Origin: a virus
Virus record (IMG/VR): IMGVR_UViG_3300044710_000080
Coordinates: 1-64,000 of that record
Length of the DNA: 64,000 bases
Direction: 5' to 3' (one strand)
The notes under the pieces are model-generated. The model did not search any database, had not been told where the DNA came from, and saw only the letters and a list, made by a program, of their open reading frames with translations. Position numbers and translations under genes: made by a program. Positions 48,222 through 57,574 of the stretch are shown in pieces (position 1 is the stretch's first letter; each line of letters starts with the position of its first letter).

Positions 48222-49933
48222 GCTTCCCCGCCGGCCTCCTTCTCGGGATCGCCTTCCTTGCCAGCCTGCGGCTGCGGCCGCCCGCCCACAGGCTCAAGGC
48301 CCTCTTCTTCCTCCTCGAGCAGTTCGGGCACGTCCTCGACATCAATGCCGCTGTACGGAGTATCCGGATCATTCGCGATCCGCTTACGAACCTCGATCGG
48401 GTGCAGGACCCCCGAATCAATCAGCGCGACATCGGTCTCGGTTTCAGCCTTCCGCGTCTCCGCCTCACTCTTCTCGTCGAGTGACCACAGCGGTTCGAAC
48501 GCGAACGTCAGGTCCGGGTCAACCTTGCCGAATACGGAAAGCTGCGAGAACCGGAAGATCGTGGTCAATGACGGCCGGAAGAACTTCTCCTGGTAGGCGA
48601 GAATGTGGTCGTAGAAAATTCGAATCTCTGGTTCTGCGGTGGCGTTCAATCCATGTGGCGATATGCCCAACAGCTTGACGAGCGGGATGCGGGATACCGC
48701 GGCCATATGCTCCTGTGCCTGGGCTTGGAGGTTGTCGAGCGTGCCGAGCGGGACAGCCACATTCCAGAACTCCTCGCCGGCGCCCTCCGCTCCTTGCTGG
48801 AGGAGCATGAGGCCCTGATTGTCGCGAAACTTGTTGAATAATTCGACCCGCTTGAAAAGTTCGTCCCCATCGCCCTGCAGGCTCGTTTGCAAATCGGTCT
48901 TCACCCCAACTGTCGAGAAGTTGTTGATGAGGTCGTTCACGTTCGCCACGGTGCGCAGCCAGCGATTTACGTACGGCATCGCCATCTGCACCATCGACAG
49001 GCCGCCGAAGGCATAGGCTGGCTTGAGCAGATCCGGCACGGGCCGCCCGACTAGCGTGAGCAGCCGCGTCGCGTGCATCGGCCGCGCCATCACAAACCAC
49101 TCTCGCGGCTTGTACCAATCGGGCGCGATCGGATTCGAGGAGTTATAGTTCGTCGGGTAGGCCCAGACCGGCTCGACATTCACAAGCCGCCGAATCGGAG
49201 TTTCAGGCGAAACCTTCGCCGTGCTGGTCCGGTCGGCCCCATTGCCAATTGGCTTGACCAGCTCCTCCCGGTCCTCCCAGGTGTTCTCGTCACCGGTCTC
49301 GATGTAGATGTGCGAGCGGCCGAACTCACCGTCGTGGATGGCCGAAAGCTGGAAGACGTCGCGAGTCCCGAGATTCTCCATGAACTCGGTCACCGCTTTG
49401 ACCTCGTCCTCCTTACCTTTGTCATCGCTCTTGCTCTGGACCTTGATCCACTTCCGGGTCATCTCCTCGGCGATCGTCTCGACGATCACGCGGTATTCCG
49501 CCCGTTGCATCAGCTCGGCGAGGAATGTGTAACCGAGGAAGTGCATCCCCTGGCCGAAGGCGCCGGAGTGGAAGCCGAACGCGCCTGGCCCGAACGAGAA
49601 CGGGTCAGCCGTGATGATGGTCTGGTCCTGCGCCCCGGCCCACGCATTGAGCTTCGTCAGGGCGGCGTCCTGGCCGATCTGGAGGCCCTTCGCGGGAACC
49701 GCCGCATCCGGGAAGTCGGGGAACGTGAAGGGGCTGACATGCGGCAGGCGGGAGGCTCGAGCAGCCGCCGCAGCGAGCCCCTGTCGGGGGAAACTCAGCT
49801 TGAGCGCATTACCAGCCGGCTTCGCCTCGACTGCTGGCTTGCCTTCCGCTGAAGGCACAACCGTCAAATGGCTTGGCTTTTCTCCCGTGCGGAACCGAGA
49901 GGACCGTCGATCGCCGCCATGGCCATTCGCCAT
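48218..49933 (-). CDS. Portal protein (DUF1073-like)
   Basis: FLGY..LAEL.QR.EYR, H.TRL, RIPLVKLLGISP.GLNAT, F.PLW; follows TerL. Confidence 0.9.
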   Translation of the reverse strand: MANGHGGDRRSSRFRTGEKPSHLTVVPSAEGKPAVEAKPAGNALKLSFPRQGLAAAAARASRLPHVSPFTFPDFPDAAVPAKGLQIGQDAALTKLNAWAGAQDQTIITADPFSFGPGAFGFHSGAFGQGMHFLGYTFLAELMQRAEYRVIVETIAEEMTRKWIKVQSKSDDKGKEDEVKAVTEFMENLGTRDVFQLSAIHDGEFGRSHIYIETGDENTWEDREELVKPIGNGADRTSTAKVSPETPIRRLVNVEPVWAYPTNYNSSNPIAPDWYKPREWFVMARPMHATRLLTLVGRPVPDLLKPAYAFGGLSMVQMAMPYVNRWLRTVANVNDLINNFSTVGVKTDLQTSLQGDGDELFKRVELFNKFRDNQGLMLLQQGAEGAGEEFWNVAVPLGTLDNLQAQAQEHMAAVSRIPLVKLLGISPHGLNATAEPEIRIFYDHILAYQEKFFRPSLTTIFRFSQLSVFGKVDPDLTFAFEPLWSLDEKSEAETRKAETETDVALIDSGVLHPIEVRKRIANDPDTPYSGIDVEDVPELLEEEEEGLEPVGGRPQPQAGKEGDPEKEAGGEA

Positions 49934-49942
49934 CGAGTCGTC

Positions 49943-49986
49943 CTTGATCTTGAAATTCAAGTTTCAAGGGTACGCTTGAACTTGAA
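49943..49986. repeat. Six CTTGA(A/T) hexamers in both orientations upstream of portal start
   Basis: CTTGAT CTTGAA A TTCAAG T TTCAAG GGTACG CTTGAA CTTGAA. Confidence 0.75.
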
Positions 49987-49992
49987 CCGCCG

Positions 49993-51243
49993 TCAATGCC
50001 GCGCCCGCACCATCGCCCCGGCCCGGCGCAGGACGGTGTCCGAGATTACAAGCGGCTGGCGGGCGTGGCCCTTATGGAGATGGGCCAGCGCGAGTGCGCA
50101 GACGCAGTCGTCGTGGAACCCGTCTGGGGCGCTGTAGGACACTCCGCTCCCGCGCCGATATTGGTATTCGAACTGCTCGAGCTCGGCAACGATCGGCCCA
50201 TCCGGATAGGTCGTACCGCCGCTCTGGATCACCACGGCGAGATTCTCCATGAGCTTCTGCTTCGAGGCCAGGGTGAACCCGTAGCCCTGGTAGTTCGGCC
50301 GCCCCTTCTGCAGCAGCTCGACGATTGGATCGCCGACGCCCGTCGAGTCGACCAGCGCCGGCGTGGTGCCGACCGCTTGGCGGATCCGGTTCATCGTATC
50401 GTCCCACGGCAGCTGGAACCGTAGGAACCGGCAGACATAGCCGGCAACGTCGAGCCCGATCAGCACCGTCCAGTCAACATGCTTGGCAAGGTCGATGCCC
50501 CAGACCACCGGCGGCTTGGCCGAGAGCGCGTGCACGCACCGCCGGATCGCCTCAAGGCCGAACGGGTTGCCCTCGTCGTCGGACGGCTCGGCGAGGTAGA
50601 GCTCACGGAAGACCCGGTCCGGGAGCATCCGGCGGGCATCGTCGATTTCCTCCTGCTCGAGCACCCCGGCCGCTACCGCGTCCGCCGCCACGATCTTGTG
50701 GTAACCCATCGCCGGGTCACCGGCCTGGGCCCGGCGGGCGAGCATGTACGCCCACGAGCGCCTGCCTTTGACATTTCCGATGATCCGAATCGGCCCCCTA
50801 GTTGCAGTAAGGGTCGATCGAACGGCGTGCCACGCATCTTCTTTTGTGCGGCTGGCCTCATCCATCACAGCGGCATAGACATCCTCTCCGAACAAACTAT
50901 CTGGCTTGTCCGCACTCTTGAACCAGATCACAGTTCCGTTCAAAAGCGTGAGGGTTTTCAAACTCATATGAGGTGCGCACATTCCGCGCGGGAATGCGCG
51001 CAGAGAACGCCGAAAGGCAATATCCGCTTGGCCGCTCACAGGAGCGACCCACCAGTAATTCTGCCCTTCCAGACCCGCGAGAGCCTGTTCGATCAGCCAC
51101 GCGATACTTCCTGAGGTCTTGCCGCTCTTAGTTGAAGCTTCAATAATTGAATATCGATGCGCGTCAAAGATGGCCGCGCGTTGTTTTGGATAAAGGTAGG
51201 GGCGCTCGTATTCGAGCACATGTTCTTCGATGGCGCCGGTCAT
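49993..51243 (-). CDS. terL: Terminase large subunit
   Basis: Walker A STKSGKT, Walker B AVMDEA, nuclease GIDLAK..D and HDDCV. Confidence 0.9.
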   Translation of the reverse strand: MTGAIEEHVLEYERPYLYPKQRAAIFDAHRYSIIEASTKSGKTSGSIAWLIEQALAGLEGQNYWWVAPVSGQADIAFRRSLRAFPRGMCAPHMSLKTLTLLNGTVIWFKSADKPDSLFGEDVYAAVMDEASRTKEDAWHAVRSTLTATRGPIRIIGNVKGRRSWAYMLARRAQAGDPAMGYHKIVAADAVAAGVLEQEEIDDARRMLPDRVFRELYLAEPSDDEGNPFGLEAIRRCVHALSAKPPVVWGIDLAKHVDWTVLIGLDVAGYVCRFLRFQLPWDDTMNRIRQAVGTTPALVDSTGVGDPIVELLQKGRPNYQGYGFTLASKQKLMENLAVVIQSGGTTYPDGPIVAELEQFEYQYRRGSGVSYSAPDGFHDDCVCALALAHLHKGHARQPLVISDTVLRRAGAMVRARH

Positions 51244-51911
51244 CGCCCAGCCGCCCAGCGAGCAGCCTGAGACACGCTCATCTGCGCCTTCGTTTCCGCC
51301 GAATGCCGCTTTCCTAAGTTTGCGAGCCGGAGCTTTTGCCTAGTTTCATCCGATACGGGAATGCCTGCTCGATTGGCCGACATCTTCGCGCGGGCCTCTG
51401 CAGTATGCCGTTTGCCAAGGCGTGAGGCCGCCATTTTGCGGCAAGCTTCTTCGGATAATGATCGTCCAAGAAGTGCGTCCCTGATCTTCGCGCGCGTCTC
51501 TTGAGACGGAGATGTTCCAAGCATTCGCTCGCGCATAGCCTGCCGTTGCTCTGCGCTGAGTTTTTTGCCTTTATTGCCGCGAGAGATTTTTAGGCGCGTC
51601 TCGGCCGAATGAGTGCCCGCCAAGCCCCCGGCACGAAGATTGTATCCCGCAGGCGCGGCGGTTCCCAAAAGCTCGATGAATGCTATCTCGGCCGCGTCCA
51701 AGGAGGCTCGATCTGCCGCCTCATATAGGACCGAGAACTCGAATGCATCGACGCCATACTTCTTGAGCGCGGCCGCCAATGCTTTGCATCGAGATCGCTC
51801 TAGCCGCGTTCGATGCTGGCTAAATCGCTGCTCGGCATTCTGGGTAGTCTGCCCGACGTAGCCCTTTCCGTTGACCCGGTTGCGAGCCAGATAGACGACG
51901 CCATAGGCCAC
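51240..51911 (-). mobile_element. GIY-YIG/NUMOD3 homing endonuclease
   Basis: GVVY...NGKGYVGQT, GYN, HSAETRLKIS repeats. Confidence 0.85.
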
Positions 51912-51913
51912 AG

Positions 51914-52444
51914 TCAGACCTCTCCGCTATCGGATTCGGCTGAAGGCTCAATCGGCTGGACTTCGATGACCCGGGGAGGCGTGGCACCGTTGCCCTCGAT
52001 CATCCCTCGTCCCCCATCGAAAACCTTGAGCGTGAACTTCTTTACGCGCTCGCCAGGCTGCTGCTCGGGCGCAGGCGCCACGACAATGGCCCGGAACTTC
52101 GGGCTCTGGAAATCCGCCGCCTTGTATTCGATCTGCGAGGCTTTGAGCATCACCTCGGCGTAAAGACTCATCCAATCCTTGAGGTCGTTCCAGGCCGACG
52201 CCGGCGCGCTTTCCGCAATGGCCGCCCGCTGGAACCGCGCCACAATGCCCTTGACGATGCCGAGCAGTTCCTTGGCTTCGGGAATCAGGGCGGCGAGCTC
52301 GTCTTTTGCGAGGGGGGAGAACTCAGCGTGGCGGGCGCGCTCCTTGAGTTCCTCGAGCGCCTTGCGCTCACGCTCGATCGTCAGTTTGTTGCGTCGGCCC
52401 AGAGGTCGACCACCAGCGTGCTTTTTTCGTTCAATTTCGGCCAT
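51914..52444 (-). CDS. Terminase small subunit (putative)
   Basis: GGRPLGRRNK N-terminus; position upstream of TerL. Confidence 0.65.
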   Translation of the reverse strand: MAEIERKKHAGGRPLGRRNKLTIERERKALEELKERARHAEFSPLAKDELAALIPEAKELLGIVKGIVARFQRAAIAESAPASAWNDLKDWMSLYAEVMLKASQIEYKAADFQSPKFRAIVVAPAPEQQPGERVKKFTLKVFDGGRGMIEGNGATPPRVIEVQPIEPSAESDSGEV

Positions 52445-52454
52445 TTCTAGTTTT

Positions 52455-52850
52455 CTATCCGAAAACTGAGTTTTTTGCTACCTTCGTCGCGGCCTGTTGC
52501 AATACCGCCGACCGATGCAAGCGCAATCCGTCGCGGATGGCCTCGATCGCCACTTCTTCGGGCGCCGCGCGACCTCGCAAGGCGAGCAAGCGAACCTCGG
52601 CATCGAGATCGGGAGGAAGATCGAGCATTATCCGGCCGACAGGTTCGACGATGGTGAGTGAGCGGGCTTGGCCTTTGAGGCGAACGACGTGTCCGCGCTC
52701 TTCCAAGGCGCAAACCATTCTGAACACTGTGCTTCTAGACCGGACTTTGAGTTTGCGCGCGATTTCATCGAACGAAGGTGCAACGCCATTTTGGGCAACA
52801 TAGTACCGGACAAAGTCGAGGCAAAGCCGTTGGCCTGTAGTCAAAGCCAT
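52455..52850 (-). CDS. LexA-type winged-helix regulator without peptidase domain
   Basis: LTTGQ...G.APSFDEIA....S.S.V...V.ALEERG. Confidence 0.8.
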   Translation of the reverse strand: MALTTGQRLCLDFVRYYVAQNGVAPSFDEIARKLKVRSRSTVFRMVCALEERGHVVRLKGQARSLTIVEPVGRIMLDLPPDLDAEVRLLALRGRAAPEEVAIEAIRDGLRLHRSAVLQQAATKVAKNSVFG

Positions 52851-52912
52851 GGGCTCGGGCCGGGAGAGCGGATACAGGCGGCGACGATGATGCGCGTATG
52901 TCATGGACGCTT

Positions 52913-52941
52913 ATCCTATCGGGAAAATTCTCCCCGCGCTA
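52913..52941 (-). promoter_or_regulatory. Promoter with operator in spacer (weak -35)
   Basis: TAGCGC-17-TAGGAT; GGGAGAATTTTCCC. Confidence 0.55.
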
Positions 52942-52996
52942 GTGGACAAGGGCGCATGGGTATGGTGAAGTCGCCTGTGGACAAGTGGAGTATGGC

Positions 52997-53371
52997 ATGA
53001 TTTCCTCCGCGCAGCGCGACGTGCTGATCGACCACCTCGACGGGCCGTGCGCGGTGGTGCTGCCGGGGACGGGAATCGCGCGGGGCGACGCGGCGGTCGC
53101 GATCGGGCGGCGCTGGCAGACGACTTCCCGGCTCCTGATGGCGGGATACCTGCGGGGCGACCCGGGCGGGGCGGCGCGGCCGCGGCGCACGGTGATGACC
53201 TTCGCCGGCCGCGCGGTGCTCGCCCAGGCGCTCGCCGCGATGGCGGAGATCCTGGTCGCCGCGGGGTACGGGCTGGAACCGCCGGCGGGATGGCCAGAGG
53301 TCGAGCTTAAGCCTTCCTTAACCCTCCCCCGGCTATCCTTCCGGGGCCATGAAGACGCGCCCTCCACATAG
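52997..53371 (+). CDS. Hypothetical winged-helix-like protein
   Basis: GGAG RBS; LLMAGYL...MTFAGR. Confidence 0.5.
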   Translation: MISSAQRDVLIDHLDGPCAVVLPGTGIARGDAAVAIGRRWQTTSRLLMAGYLRGDPGGAARPRRTVMTFAGRAVLAQALAAMAEILVAAGYGLEPPAGWPEVELKPSLTLPRLSFRGHEDAPST

Positions 53372-53482
53372 GATTCCGTGCGGCTGCTGGACGGATTGCC
53401 GGGCGATTTGCGCCGACCATGCGCCGGACTGTGGCAGGAAAGTCGCACCCCGCACAATCTTCGTGATACCCGAAGATTCCTC

Positions 53483-53511
53483 TTGCATTTGGGGACGATT
53501 TTCCCTACTTT
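53483..53511 (+). promoter_or_regulatory. Sigma70-like promoter with operator in spacer
   Basis: TTGCAT-17-TACTTT; GGGACGATTTTCCC. Confidence 0.7.
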
Positions 53512-53595
53512 CGATCCTGCGCCCGGCTGGTTTCCGTTCGGGCTCAAGTGCGCAAACAAAAAGTTGTCTGAGGCGCGCGCGAAAAGAGACGCAAC

Positions 53596-53820
53596 ATGAC
53601 CGCGATCATTGGCCGCCGCATCGCCCCTGAACTGATCATCATCAACGGAGAACCGTGCACCAAAACGATCGCCCGCAAAGCTGCAACATGCGTCACGTCG
53701 CGTAAACCGATCAAGCCCGGTGATTTGGTCTATCGGCCGCTCGGAAATTCGAGCACGCGCTCGGCTCGATACTTAGCTTCGGAAATCGAGGCTATCGAAA
53801 CGCAGGGAGCCAATCCATGA
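53596..53820 (+). CDS. Hypothetical protein
   Basis: ARKAATC...IKPGD.VY; first ORF after promoter. Confidence 0.55.
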   Translation: MTAIIGRRIAPELIIINGEPCTKTIARKAATCVTSRKPIKPGDLVYRPLGNSSTRSARYLASEIEAIETQGANP

Positions 53821-54000
53821 CCCTCGCCTATCCCCTGCTCGGACCAGCCATCCCGTCCGCATCGAGTTCGCGACCGAGGAGTTCTTCTCGACCGACCTCA
53901 AGCGACTCCGGGTCGAGGAGAACGCCATCGTCGGCCGGACGTACTTCCTGAAACGCGGCCGCATCGTCGCGGTCGCAATCCCAACCGAAGGAGAACGAGC

Positions 54001-54645
54001 ATGAGCCTGATCCCCTACGCCGGTTCGCCCGCACTGAATGCGGCCAAGGCGGACGACTTGACCATCCCGGATTACCTCAAGCGCAGCCCGGACGACCCGC
54101 CTTCCGCAATCAAGGCGCCTGCGAAGCCGGCCGAGGCGACCACCACCAAGGCTCTCCAGGACGAGGCCAAGACCGCCAAGTCGCGCGGCCGGATCGCCAA
54201 GATGAAGGCGAAGCAGAACGGCGAACTCGCGAAGATGCCCCTCACCGGGAAGGCCGCGCTCGAGGCCATCAACGCGGCAGACCCGAAGCCGGGCAAGCTC
54301 CCCGTCCCGCCCCCGAGCGCCAAGCAGGACCGCGCCAAGGCGAAGGACAAGCCGAAACCGGCGCCGAAGGACAAGCCAGCGGGCCAGCGCAAGCCACCGG
54401 CTGCGAAAAAGGCGGCGAAAGCACCCAAGGCGCCCAAATCGGCAAACCGCACCAGCGAGCCCCGCTCGGGCTCCAAGACGGCAATGGCCGCCGACCTCAT
54501 CCGCCGCTCGGGCGGTTGCACCACGGCCGACATCCTTAAGGCGACCGGCTGGCCGGCGGTGTCGGTCCCGGCGATCGCCCGCGCGTCGGGCATCAAGCTC
54601 GCGAAGGAAAAGGACGGGTCGGTGACCCGCTACCGGGCGGAGTGA
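54001..54645 (+). CDS. Lys/Ala/Pro-rich protein with DUF3489-like C-terminus and FtsZ-tail-like N-terminal peptide
   Basis: GSK...LIRR..G.T...I..ATGW; DDLTIPDYLKR; AAGGAG RBS. Confidence 0.7.
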   Translation: MSLIPYAGSPALNAAKADDLTIPDYLKRSPDDPPSAIKAPAKPAEATTTKALQDEAKTAKSRGRIAKMKAKQNGELAKMPLTGKAALEAINAADPKPGKLPVPPPSAKQDRAKAKDKPKPAPKDKPAGQRKPPAAKKAAKAPKAPKSANRTSEPRSGSKTAMAADLIRRSGGCTTADILKATGWPAVSVPAIARASGIKLAKEKDGSVTRYRAE

Positions 54646-55305
54646 TGGGCAACAAGGGCACGTTCGATCTACCTCGCACGCCGAGCCAATCCACGCGCGG
54701 CGCCCGCAATGCCTATCGGGCGATATGGGGCCGGGATTGGCCCCATGACGACGATTACTTGCGTATCCTCGCAAATGAGGTCGACCAGAAAAACCCGCAA
54801 GGCAGCGGCAAGCGGTGCGACCACCTGCTGATGCGGATGCGCGAGAATCACGTCTTCGAAGAGAGCGCCTGATGAGCACCGGACGACGAATCAGCCGCAA
54901 GGGCCGCGCGCCCAAGACGACCCTGCAGTCCTTGCGGTATTCCTACGCGGTGGCGAACCGGCAAGCCTCCGACCTGATCCGGGCATTCCGCGACAATCCG
55001 ATGGCCCTGCTCGACCTGCAGGGTGAGATCGAGCGCGGAGCCGACCGCGCGAACGCTATCGCCATGCGCGCCAACAGCAAGGCGAACCGGAGTTGAGGAT
55101 GGGCCGCGGCGAATCCATTCTCGCTTTCGTGCGGCACCGTCTCGACGAAGGGACGGCGTCGCCCGAGGCGATCTGGCGGGAGGCGCAAGCCGCGTTCCCG
55201 CACCGTTGCGTGTCCTGGGGCTACGTCGCGCAAATCCGCCTGGACTGGATCGACGCCAATATCGCTCGGCAGCGGCTCGCCGAACTGGACGCCGACCACC
55301 GTTAG
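54645..55305 (+). other. Three small coupled hypothetical ORFs
   Basis: 54645-54872, 54872-55096, 55099-55305; abutting stops and starts. Confidence 0.5.
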
Positions 55306-56720
55306 GCTTTTGCCGGGGCAGAGGGCGCCGTACGCGGCGCCCTTTTTCGTGGGGCCTTCGGTGCCCCTGGCGCCCAGCCAGGGCCGCCTTGCGCCACGCG
55401 CTCGCGGACGGCCGCGAACCCATCGGCGAAGGAGCCCGCCGCATCGGCCTGCCCGTCGTACCGGGCGGTCTGGACCTCGGCGAAGGTCTGGCCGGTCGCC
55501 TCAAGGATCGGGGTCTTGCCGGTGAGCTTGGCCCAGCGCTCGACCGCGACGTCGCAATAGATCGGGTCGATTTCGATTGTCAGTGCCCGCCGCTTCGTCA
55601 TCTCGGCGGCGATGATCGTGGTCCCGCTGCCGACGAAGGGATCATACACGGCCTCGCCCGGCCGGGAGTTGTTCAGGATCGGGCACTTCATGCACTCGAT
55701 AGGCTTTTGGGTGCCGTGGCCGGTCTCGCTTTTGGCGTGCTCAATTTCCCAAGCCGTGTCTTGATCGCGCGCACCGGACCAGTGCGCTGTCTTGCCTTTG
55801 CGGACGGCGTACCAGCAGGGCTCGTGCCGATAATGGTAGTTCCCGCGCCCGATGACGTGACGCGGCTTAACCCAAATGATTTGCTGACGAATCTCGAAGC
55901 CTGCAGCCTCAAGCGCGCCGCCGGTTTCGAGCTGCCTGGAGCCCGGCGGGCTCCAGGCATAGACGACATCACCCGGGAACAGCGCCCATGCGGCCGACCA
56001 ATCGGCCTGATCGTCATTCTGCACCCGCCCTACGGCGCGATCGCCGTAGGGTTTCCCGTTCGCGCGGTCGGCGCGATTGCGCCAGTCCGGATCGTAATCC
56101 ACGCCGTACGGCGGATCGGTCACCATCAGGTGCGGCTTCGCGCCCGCAAGGCACGCCGCTACGTCAGATTTGGACGTAGCATCGCCGCACAGAATCCGGT
56201 GGTCGCCGCAGACCCACAGGTCGCCCCGCCGCGTCACCGGATTGACCGGCGGCTCCGGGGCGACCTCGGCCTCGGGATCTGGCTCCGTCGCCATGAATTG
56301 GACGAGATGGTACTCATCGAATCCGAGCAGCGGCATGTCGTAGCCGAGATGGGCGAGTTCGGTGAGTTCGGTTTTCAGGAGCGGGGCACTCCAGTCTGAA
56401 AGTAAACTTAGGGAGTTGTCTTTTAGGCGAACGCTTTTCTTCTTCAATTCGGTCCAGCCGCGCGCAACGCAAACCGGATATTTGGCAAATCCATTCTTGA
56501 GCGCAGCAAGCCGGCGGCCATGGCCGTAAATGATGACGCCAGCCTCGTCGACCAGGATCGGCGCCGTGACGCCCTCGTCCAGCATCGACCGCGCTATGAG
56601 GTCAACTTGTTCGGGAGGGTGAAGGCGCGGATTGTTTTCGTACGGCACAATCCGCTTGATCGGCCACAGCTCGACCTTTGACGCAGGCCACGAAGCCTCA
56701 ATCCCGTTTCGCTTCGCCAT
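55302..56720 (-). CDS. ParB-N domain plus N6-A/N4-C DNA methyltransferase
   Basis: NPR.H, PILVD...GHGR; TDPPY; H.TQKP; DPFVGSGTT. Confidence 0.9.
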   Translation of the reverse strand: MAKRNGIEASWPASKVELWPIKRIVPYENNPRLHPPEQVDLIARSMLDEGVTAPILVDEAGVIIYGHGRRLAALKNGFAKYPVCVARGWTELKKKSVRLKDNSLSLLSDWSAPLLKTELTELAHLGYDMPLLGFDEYHLVQFMATEPDPEAEVAPEPPVNPVTRRGDLWVCGDHRILCGDATSKSDVAACLAGAKPHLMVTDPPYGVDYDPDWRNRADRANGKPYGDRAVGRVQNDDQADWSAAWALFPGDVVYAWSPPGSRQLETGGALEAAGFEIRQQIIWVKPRHVIGRGNYHYRHEPCWYAVRKGKTAHWSGARDQDTAWEIEHAKSETGHGTQKPIECMKCPILNNSRPGEAVYDPFVGSGTTIIAAEMTKRRALTIEIDPIYCDVAVERWAKLTGKTPILEATGQTFAEVQTARYDGQADAAGSFADGFAAVRERVAQGGPGWAPGAPKAPRKRAPRTAPSAPAKA

Positions 56721-57223
56721 CACGCCTCCTTCGGCCAGGCCACGCAGACGATGATTCGCGGCGGCTCGCGTTCAACCCATTCGACGCGCTGAAACTTCAC
56801 GGGCTCGCGAACGCCGGGGACGAATACCTCAACGCCCGCGACGGCCCCATATTGCCCACGCACGTCCTTGCGCGGCTCGTAGGCCAACACAGCATCCCAC
56901 GTTTCGCCCGAGATCGAGCGGTACCGGCAGGCGTCACCGCGACTCGCCACGGGCGCGCTCCTCGAGCTGGCGGACGACATAGGCAAGCGAGGCGGCGAGG
57001 CGGCCATTGTCTTCGATGGTCCGCAGATTCGCCCCACCCAGCGGGAGAGTCGGCGAGGGCGCCGCCGTAGGATTTCGGACGGTCTGAGCATCCTGGACGG
57101 CTTTTTCCTGCGCAATGCCGAGGCACGCGAAACAATCGAGCGAGCCTCGATGCAACCCCGCAGGAAATTCATCCCGCGATTTGACGCGGCCACAACTCTG
57201 GCATCGTCTTGTCAGATACGCCG

Positions 57224-57574
57224 TCACAGCGTCGTCTCCTGCTCGGGCCGCGCCGCAGGCGGGGCGAAGTCGTAAGATCCGTCTGTGACTGTAGCGCGCG
57301 TCTTCAAAATATCGACATGGGTTCTCAAAAGGCATCTCCAACAAGCACAATCCGCCGGATGCTGATCGATGACGATGTCGAGAACCTCATGTTGCTCCAT
57401 GCCGTTCGCGCGCAGGCATATCGCAATTTCCTGAAATGCCAGTTTGTCGTAGCGATAGAAATACCTGAGCACGCGAACATGATCAAACGCGGCTTCCGGC
57501 CCATGCACCAGAATAGCAATCAGCACTCGCTCGATCCGCACGCGCCGCTTGCGTTCGTCACGCATGGGTTTCAT
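57224..57574 (-). CDS. Hypothetical protein
   Basis: Coupled to helicase; HP.DC.C..C. Confidence 0.45.
   Translation of the reverse strand: MKPMRDERKRRVRIERVLIAILVHGPEAAFDHVRVLRYFYRYDKLAFQEIAICLRANGMEQHEVLDIVIDQHPADCACWRCLLRTHVDILKTRATVTDGSYDFAPPAARPEQETTL

Noticed and set aside
49900-49925. HGGDRRS motif at portal N-terminus
   Set aside because: Too short to assign a function
48218-49933. Anti-CBASS Acb1 (label often attached to DUF1073 proteins)
   Set aside because: Size and position after TerL fit a portal; no separate phosphoesterase domain evident
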